Part shown: in pieces, positions 57,914 through 64,000 of the stretch | How the letters are laid out: each line of letters opens with the position of its first letter | Position numbering within the stretch: the stretch's first letter is position 1 | Origin: a virus | Lineage: Duplodnaviria > Caudoviricetes | IMG/VR virus record: IMGVR_UViG_3300044630_002618 | Location: 1-64,000 of that record | Strand: one strand, 5' to 3' | DNA: 64,000 bases | Made by a program: the position numbers and the translations under genes | Notes under the pieces: generated by a model | The model's input: the letters and a program-made list of their open reading frames with translations, nothing else | Told to the model about the DNA's origin: nothing | The model's database searches: none

Positions 57914-59194
57914 TTACTGCTTTCGGGTCACTGGGGCGGGCATTGCGAATATGACTGCTGTTGCCGCGACTATTGCTCGTCGTGCCCCTACTGAGACTGC
58001 TGATCCCGTTGGCACATAATTATCAAATTGTCCTCCGAACACATTAATCTGATCCTGGAATTCTTCTTTTACATCGTCAGGGGCATCTGTTAGTGCTTCT
58101 GAGAGAGCCGAAGCCTGTTCATCAGATAGTTCACTCGGGACGATGGCATCAATAAGTTGCGTTACTTGCTCATCGGATAGTTCGCTAAGTACTTCTTCGC
58201 TAAAGACAGCGGAGATTGATTCCTCGGTTAATTCACCTATATCAATAGATTCTACTAGATTAGTGATTTCTTCATCAGATAATTCGTCAATTGACGAAAC
58301 TAGTTCATCTGCTAATTGGTTAATTTCTTCAGTTGTGGGGTTATCAGGTATAACTGTTTCTTCTTCAGGTACGGTCGTTATAGGTGGCTCTGTACTCTCT
58401 GGAATCTCTGGAATCGTCGTAGGTGCAGATGTAACAGTCGGGGGCACACTCGTGCTTGATGTTGTCAGGGGTGTCGGGAAAAAGGGACTTAAAGTGGTTG
58501 TAGGAGTCAGAGAAGTTTGAGGGACCTCCACAGTACCAACAGATTGGCTCGTCGTAGGCATTGTAGAAGGAGCCACAGTAACCGCAACAGTAGTGCTCGT
58601 AATCTCCGTAGTAGTTGGGGAGTTTGTTGTCGTTGAGACTTCCGTAGTTGTCGTTGCCTCGGTGGTCGGAACTTCCGTTACAGGCACAGTCGTTGTTGGG
58701 GCAATAGTAGTACTCGTCGTCGTCGTTGAAGTTGTGGATGTTGTAGTTGGGACCCATGTTGTAGTCGTCTCCGGAATAGTGGTCGTTGTATTTACGGGAT
58801 TGCCATTAAATGATAACTCATATTGAATGTTCCAAACAACGCCGTCACGCCAAACATCTGGTTCCCAGCAACAAGTACCTGCTCGTAAGCGGTAGTTACC
58901 TGCTGGTACTTCTAAGTCAATATTAGATTGAAGACCAATGTAATCATCATTAGAAATGATTAATTCCCCAGTATCGTCGTTGTACAACCAAAGTTGGGGG
59001 TCTGACTCAAATCCAGGTGACTGATATGTTTGTGCCAAGAACTGGGTTGGTTCTGAGTATGAAAACCAGAAGTCGGTAATTTCCGTAATTATTGGGTTCG
59101 TATCAGCCTTAGCCGATGGTACCGGAAATATTGCGATGGCTATTAAAGCCCACTGTAGTGATTGTGTGATGCGCCGAAATACGGCGCGCTTCAC
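57914..59194 (-). CDS. Secreted/surface protein: signal peptide, beta domain, Thr-rich stalk, acidic repeats, hydrophobic tail
   Basis: A-K-A signal cleavage, DPQLWLY..NDD, poly-Thr/Pro, LSDEQ repeats, AIVAATAVIFAM. Confidence 0.8.
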   Translation of the reverse strand: MKRAVFRRITQSLQWALIAIAIFPVPSAKADTNPIITEITDFWFSYSEPTQFLAQTYQSPGFESDPQLWLYNDDTGELIISNDDYIGLQSNIDLEVPAGNYRLRAGTCCWEPDVWRDGVVWNIQYELSFNGNPVNTTTTIPETTTTWVPTTTSTTSTTTTSTTIAPTTTVPVTEVPTTEATTTTEVSTTTNSPTTTEITSTTVAVTVAPSTMPTTSQSVGTVEVPQTSLTPTTTLSPFFPTPLTTSSTSVPPTVTSAPTTIPEIPESTEPPITTVPEEETVIPDNPTTEEINQLADELVSSIDELSDEEITNLVESIDIGELTEESISAVFSEEVLSELSDEQVTQLIDAIVPSELSDEQASALSEALTDAPDDVKEEFQDQINVFGGQFDNYVPTGSAVSVGARRAIVAATAVIFAMPAPVTRKQ

Positions 59195-59373
59195 TTCTTC
59201 TTTTCTAAGAAGGATGCAATGTTGGGGTTACCGATAAGGGTAGACGCCCATGCCATTACAGCAGATAATGCAGGCATAAGGATAACGGCGAATTCAGGAT
59301 TATTGCGGAAGCAATATGCGATAAGTCCTAGGACTGCGCCCTTACCTGTCTGGTCAGCGATTTGGTTTTTCAT
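59191..59373 (-). CDS. Small membrane protein (holin-like)
   Basis: Two hydrophobic segments, basic C-terminus. Confidence 0.6.
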   Translation of the reverse strand: MKNQIADQTGKGAVLGLIAYCFRNNPEFAVILMPALSAVMAWASTLIGNPNIASFLEKKK

Positions 59374-59632
59374 TCCTGTCCTCCAAGTGTGTGTTAAAGC
59401 GGTTCTCTAAACGGTTTTGATCCTCACGAAGATACTTTACATCTACTTTTACTTCAGTAACGCTCGTGTGGGTATCAACAATCTTATCAGACAACTGATC
59501 TAACTTATGTTGAACGATGGCGTGATCCTTGGCATTACTCCTAGTAAATTGAGTAATCAAAGCAATTAAGATGCCACCAACTGCGGTAACTACTGAGGCT
59601 TGTACAACTTCTGATACGCCGAATGCAAACAT
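59354..59632 (-). CDS. Single-TM coiled-coil membrane protein
   Basis: N-terminal TM then coiled coil ending HL. Confidence 0.65.
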   Translation of the reverse strand: MFAFGVSEVVQASVVTAVGGILIALITQFTRSNAKDHAIVQHKLDQLSDKIVDTHTSVTEVKVDVKYLREDQNRLENRFNTHLEDRNEKPNR

Positions 59633-59635
59633 GAC

Positions 59636-59794
59636 TTAACGGGAAACGGTGAGTGTCACAGACCACGAGTTGGGTCCAACTGGGTAGGTACTCATCACTA
59701 CGACATTCCGCCAACCCTCAGCCTTGGCTCGGCGCATCGCAATAGAGCGCACATCGCCAATATATGGGGTATTAATGTCGTAGGTGATGATCAT
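59636..59794 (-). CDS. Small hypothetical protein (52 aa)
   Basis: Not in ORF track; MIITYDINTPYIGDVRSIA... Confidence 0.6.
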   Translation of the reverse strand: MIITYDINTPYIGDVRSIAMRRAKAEGWRNVVVMSTYPVGPNSWSVTLTVSR

Positions 59795-59827
59795 AAGTTA
59801 TAGCAGGTCAGTATAACCTGTTATAAA

Positions 59828-60067
59828 TCAGTAAGACCGATGATCCCGCAACCATTGATCAGCAGCATCTCCGTAACCCTCAGGGTCACCGTCTACTACT
59901 GGTACGGCTCCGTACTGGTCCTGCATTTCAACGGCTTCCTGTTCGGTAACATTGCGACCAGTGAATGCCTTACGAGCCGATCCGCGACGAGCAGATGAAC
60001 GCATGTCTTCAACGCCGTGCATCCATACGCGGGCTGTAGTGTCTTGTCCTCTATGATTCATTACCAT
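59828..60067 (-). CDS. Hypothetical protein
   Basis: GGAGGT RBS. Confidence 0.7.
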   Translation of the reverse strand: MVMNHRGQDTTARVWMHGVEDMRSSARRGSARKAFTGRNVTEQEAVEMQDQYGAVPVVDGDPEGYGDAADQWLRDHRSY

Positions 60068-60115
60068 TATAAAACCTCCGTGTTTCGGTATGGTTTTATT
60101 TTACACGATATATCA

Positions 60116-60679
60116 CTACCGTGGGTTAAACATAAATGAACCAGTATCGCCAATACCCGCTCGTTCAGCAAATACTGGTGAAGTTCGCCGTATGCCTGGT
60201 ACAGGTACTAATCCTTGTATTGGTTTTGATGTTTGCCTTGGTCGGGGTGTCCAAAGACCTGGCTGGCTTGGGGTGTGGATAATAGAAGTTGGATCATCCT
60301 CAGTACCAGCCTGCCCTGCTCTTAGGATAAGACGATGTGCCCGTGACATTTCTGTAGATGAGGGCATAGCAATTGGGTGACCCATAAGAAATGTATTTCG
60401 TGATTTTTGTCCAGTAGTGGAGTTCCAATGATCCGCTAACTGAGTTGCATCTATCCTAATACGGGGAAACTCAACAGAAGAACGAGAAACTGATCCAAAA
60501 TACCGATGCTCACCTGTATCGTCTTTGGCTAATACTGAGAATAATGGCGAACCATGTTCCTTCATGTATTTAACTCCAGATGAGCCAGAGTCTTTATGAA
60601 CTTGAACCTCAGAACCAGCGTGAGTATTGACTACTTCATCCCAATCAATAATACGCTTTGGTATTTTTCTCTTAGCCAT
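60116..60679 (-). CDS. Hypothetical protein with internal QPGLW
   Basis: GGAGG RBS, 187 aa. Confidence 0.7.
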   Translation of the reverse strand: MAKRKIPKRIIDWDEVVNTHAGSEVQVHKDSGSSGVKYMKEHGSPLFSVLAKDDTGEHRYFGSVSRSSVEFPRIRIDATQLADHWNSTTGQKSRNTFLMGHPIAMPSSTEMSRAHRLILRAGQAGTEDDPTSIIHTPSQPGLWTPRPRQTSKPIQGLVPVPGIRRTSPVFAERAGIGDTGSFMFNPR

Positions 60680-60706
60680 ATAGCCTCCAATACTTTGGAG
60701 GTTATT

Positions 60707-60973
60707 CTACCAGTCAAGAGGCATAACGACAATTGGAGTATTTTCTCCGACCCAAGCGCCAAGGATATTAAATTCAACGAACTCCACGGCGTCTTCAAAG
60801 TCCATATTGTCACGCTCTGTCAGGATTGCAATAATCTTTTCCCAACTATAAACAGCGAGCACAGGCTCATTGATTCTTTGTGATGTGCCAATAATGGCAT
60901 CATCCAGACCATCCAGTAATAGCAGGTCGTCATGGATACTTGCGAGATGTTCGCGGATAAGGTTAGAACTCAT
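60707..60973 (-). CDS. Hypothetical phage protein
   Basis: DGLDDAIIG...AVY...A.EF.EFNILGAWVGE.TP pattern common in aquatic phages. Confidence 0.75.
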   Translation of the reverse strand: MSSNLIREHLASIHDDLLLLDGLDDAIIGTSQRINEPVLAVYSWEKIIAILTERDNMDFEDAVEFVEFNILGAWVGENTPIVVMPLDW

Positions 60974-61024
60974 GTGATTCTCCTAATTGTGTAGTTTTTT
61001 CTTATATTACTTTTTAGTTACTTT

Positions 61025-61576
61025 TTATATAAAAGATGGACCGTTAATTCCAGTCACTTTTAAGTGTTCCTCCGGATTGTAGATGGTGACATCTGCGTCT
61101 GGACTCCACGCGGCGATACTATCGCGGTTGCCATGATAACCCCAACTTGAGAGTGTGTCAGCAACATTTTCAGTGTTCTTATTAGATTTTGCCCAGTTAT
61201 GGACTGCCTGATGACCCTTACCATAATGGCTCATGTCAAAGTGACCACCGTGGTCATCTAACCATTCTTCAGGATCAGATTTACCATAGTCATGGTAATC
61301 ATTCAGCGCCTGAGTAACTTGACGCTGACTCTCTAGGTGTGGGTCGTCATTAATGTCCCCATAAATACGCAATGCACGAGTTGGCTGTGTCGTGACAACA
61401 TGATCACCCCATGCACGGGCATCAACCTCACGGGTAGTCATGTATGCGCCAGGAATACCTGCGATTACATCATCACCTGAGGGTGATATACCGTGCTGAA
61501 GGATGCTCTTTACATTGTGTCCGCTGGTTCCATGGAATAGCGTTTGGTCTTTATTAATGTACTCGTGAGCAGGCAT
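61025..61576 (-). CDS. Putative ADP-ribosyltransferase (HYE/PARP-like fold)
   Basis: LFHGTS....SILQHG......G.PGAYMT.....A..W. Confidence 0.6.
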   Translation of the reverse strand: MPAHEYINKDQTLFHGTSGHNVKSILQHGISPSGDDVIAGIPGAYMTTREVDARAWGDHVVTTQPTRALRIYGDINDDPHLESQRQVTQALNDYHDYGKSDPEEWLDDHGGHFDMSHYGKGHQAVHNWAKSNKNTENVADTLSSWGYHGNRDSIAAWSPDADVTIYNPEEHLKVTGINGPSFI

Positions 61577-61821
61577 TACTCCGTCTTTTCAATTTTGTCA
61601 AACACTGAGTTGATCTCTCCAGCGTCTAACTTACCATCATCAATGTATGCCCGCGCAAGTCCTTCAATAACTGTGGACATACCACCGATACCAGCCATGA
61701 GGCAGGCTTTCCATAATGGTACACCTGCGATAGCGCCCGCTCCAACCACACCAAGTGCTGAGGCGGCAAATACTGCCAGAATCCGCATGCTGATGGCTTT
61801 AATGTTTGTAATATCGTTCAT
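61576..61821 (-). CDS. Small membrane protein (holin-like)
   Basis: Two TM segments; C-terminal DDGKLD..EIN. Confidence 0.7.
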   Translation of the reverse strand: MNDITNIKAISMRILAVFAASALGVVGAGAIAGVPLWKACLMAGIGGMSTVIEGLARAYIDDGKLDAGEINSVFDKIEKTE

Positions 61822-62501
61822 TATTGGTCCTCTCCAAACAATGATTGCTGTCCCTCAATCGGTTGACCGCGCTTAGTCTTAGGCGCTTTCTCTTCCTTAC
61901 CGCGTCGTACACGACCCACCAATGTGTTACGCGCCTCACGAACAACATCGGGGTGAATTGCTTCTACCCCTTCGTTTCCGTCATACTCGTGCATGTAGTT
62001 GCTAAAAAGAGGCATGACTCGCCCTGGTGGTACCGTTGCTCGCTTTGGCACATCGCGTTTGTCAACAACACCAAACTTTGCAAGATGGCGGACAACTCTG
62101 TGGCTGTCCCGTGTCAGAGAATGGTCAGGGATTAACGGCAAACCAGCCTCAGTGGCATCCTGGTGGGCAAGAGCCATGAGACTCATTGCCGTGGTGTTAT
62201 TACCACCCATAGTTCCAGCCATCATGGACAATTTACGGTGTGCTGGTTTACCATAGTTAGCGAATAGACGACCTTGACGGACAGTCTCTGCATTTCTATT
62301 TTTATTGTAATCCTTGGGGTAGTAAATTTTGTCTGTTGATTCTTCTTTAGTCCACTGGGTGTCATCGTGGTGTTCTACTTGAACTAACCCCAAATCTCGC
62401 TTACTATGTGGGTCAAACGCAAAATAGGTAGTTTTTGCGGGTGAACGCCTACCACCTGAATCTTGGGCTGGTGTATGGAATCTACGGTATTCAATCGGCA
62501 T
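61821..62501 (-). CDS. Hypothetical protein, paralog of 63307-64000
   Basis: Shared motifs with the downstream-coordinate gene; QGRLF and QQSLF peptides. Confidence 0.75.
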   Translation of the reverse strand: MPIEYRRFHTPAQDSGGRRSPAKTTYFAFDPHSKRDLGLVQVEHHDDTQWTKEESTDKIYYPKDYNKNRNAETVRQGRLFANYGKPAHRKLSMMAGTMGGNNTTAMSLMALAHQDATEAGLPLIPDHSLTRDSHRVVRHLAKFGVVDKRDVPKRATVPPGRVMPLFSNYMHEYDGNEGVEAIHPDVVREARNTLVGRVRRGKEEKAPKTKRGQPIEGQQSLFGEDQ

Positions 62502-62531
62502 ACGCCTAATTGTACTATATGTAGATACTTC

Positions 62532-63290
62532 CTATTTTTTAAGGATTACCCAAAACTCAAATGTATGCGGTGTAGTTGGGTACATTGTCTCAATAGAAAA
62601 GTTAATTAATCCAAGATCGCGCAAATCATGAATAATGTCGGTAAAACTTTCTGGAGTAAAATACCACGCATGGTCGTTACGGAGTTCACCGTTTAAAGCC
62701 TCATATTCTTCCATTGCCTGCTTTAAGCGTTCAATACGACCTACACCAGGAAAAATAGGATTATCAGTAAATAACCCATGGTTACCAGTCCAATGTGACC
62801 CAGGATCGTTGTGAGTCATGTATAGGCGGGATTCCAGCAGGGATGACGGTGAATGCCATTTACGCTTCTCTAGGTGGGCAGAAAGGATATCAGTAATGCG
62901 AGACTGATTCATAAAGTGATCAAAGCAGTAGCGATAGTCGGGGACTAATGCAAAGTACCTACCGCCGTCATTAAGTAACTTTTCTACCTGCTGTAGGTGA
63001 CTAACGAAGTCAGGCTGGTGCTCAATCACATGACTACTCAAGACGCTATCAAATGTCTCGTTTACAACCGATAAATCAGTTGGTTCAGCGACCCAATGAA
63101 TGTGGGGGATACCCTGCGTAGTAATACCCACCAACCCAGCCTGTTCATGTAACTCTTCTGTAGAGTACACATCCACATACTTGACATGTGCTCCATGTAA
63201 CAGCGGGCTGTTGAATGGGCCAATCTCCAAAGCGCTTTGTTGTGGGACTAGTGCGGCGAATTCACCGCGGTGAGTAACTTGTTGTGTCAT
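62532..63290 (-). CDS. Class I SAM-dependent methyltransferase
   Basis: LEIGP, YVD, FDSVLSSHVIEH.PD, LL..GG....VPD. Confidence 0.85.
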   Translation of the reverse strand: MTQQVTHRGEFAALVPQQSALEIGPFNSPLLHGAHVKYVDVYSTEELHEQAGLVGITTQGIPHIHWVAEPTDLSVVNETFDSVLSSHVIEHQPDFVSHLQQVEKLLNDGGRYFALVPDYRYCFDHFMNQSRITDILSAHLEKRKWHSPSSLLESRLYMTHNDPGSHWTGNHGLFTDNPIFPGVGRIERLKQAMEEYEALNGELRNDHAWYFTPESFTDIIHDLRDLGLINFSIETMYPTTPHTFEFWVILKK

Positions 63291-63306
63291 ACACAAACAA
63301 TAGCAG

Positions 63307-64000
63307 TTATTCGTCCCACAGGCTCAGTTGTGTATGTTGTTTACCCTTTTTAGAACTTCCGAGTAGGTCTCGTATACGGGTACGAGCGGCGGGTACTCGG
63401 GAAGATAAATCCTCTAAAGCATCCGATCCATGTGTATAAGCACCCATATGTCTATTAGCCAATACTGATCCACTGTTCCAAAATGTGTGACTATTCATCA
63501 CATCTCCTGCGGTTCTACCTTTTGGCATATCCTCAGAAGGAATATGACCCTCTGCGTGTAAACGGTCAACTAGGGCACCGCTATGGGCAGACAGGTTTTT
63601 ATCTGGTACCACATTTTTACCAATAGCCTCAGTAGAAGCATTATTAGCAATACCAATTAAATTCATAGCAGAAGTCTTACCAGCAAGGCTGTTCTCTGAA
63701 TACAGTCCAGTTACTACTCTTTTTGCAGGAACATTCCTGTGACCAAACATAACTAACTGCTCACCAGGCTCTGCATAACGAGTGTAAGGAGTGATATCCA
63801 AATTACTTTCATTAACTGGAGTGTCCGTATGCGTCATTTCATCATCCACCACAGGTTTTCCTGTGTGGAAGTTGCTTTCTTGGGTGGCACTAACCTCTGG
63901 ATGATGTTGTACAACTAATCTTGAGATAGCATCACCATCTTTATTGTGTGCTAAGTACTCCAAATATGCATCATCAGGATTACTTTCTTTATCTGATACA
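63307..64000 (-). CDS. Hypothetical protein (5' end beyond the window), paralog of 61821-62501
   Basis: Frame stays open past 63963 to the window edge; QLVMF and QLSLW peptides. Confidence 0.75.
   Translation of the reverse strand, partial: VSDKESNPDDAYLEYLAHNKDGDAISRLVVQHHPEVSATQESNFHTGKPVVDDEMTHTDTPVNESNLDITPYTRYAEPGEQLVMFGHRNVPAKRVVTGLYSENSLAGKTSAMNLIGIANNASTEAIGKNVVPDKNLSAHSGALVDRLHAEGHIPSEDMPKGRTAGDVMNSHTFWNSGSVLANRHMGAYTHGSDALEDLSSRVPAARTRIRDLLGSSKKGKQHTQLSLWDE

Noticed and set aside
1-64000. Stop-codon reassignment, introns/inteins, tRNA genes
   Set aside because: Core genes are intact in the standard code and use all three stops; no splice or intein motifs or cloverleafs seen by eye (a tRNAscan/Infernal run would be needed to exclude RNAs)

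Overview
64 kb segment of a large tailed dsDNA phage with a contractile tail (myovirus). The likely host is an actinobacterium, inferred from the gene set and from -10 boxes placed for leaderless transcription. Almost all genes are on the minus strand. Left to right: (1) small low-complexity ORFs; the window opens inside a (Gln-Pro)n coding repeat that mimics a TTGGGG telomere. (2) spoVS and a recombination block (resolvase-like nucleases, UvsY-like, Cas4-like exonuclease, RecA). (3) Replication block (family A polymerase, gp32-like SSB, primase, DnaB helicase, DnaC-like loader, initiator with internal iterons). (4) A five-gene plus-strand island led by dps. (5) Baseplate, tape measure, tube, sheath, neck, capsid, scaffold, portal and terminase genes. 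(6) Endolysin and a modular fibre cassette. (7) Membrane/secreted proteins and putative effectors. The most notable signals are a recurring beta-clamp-binding-like peptide (Q-x-x-L/M-F/W/Y) in many otherwise unrelated accessory proteins, a probable +1 (or -2) frameshift in the tail chaperone, a lambda-like origin inside the initiator gene, a relocated minimal spike gene sharing a C-terminal DGGSA tag with a fibre protein, and the Dps island. All family calls come from motif recognition by eye; no database searches were run.
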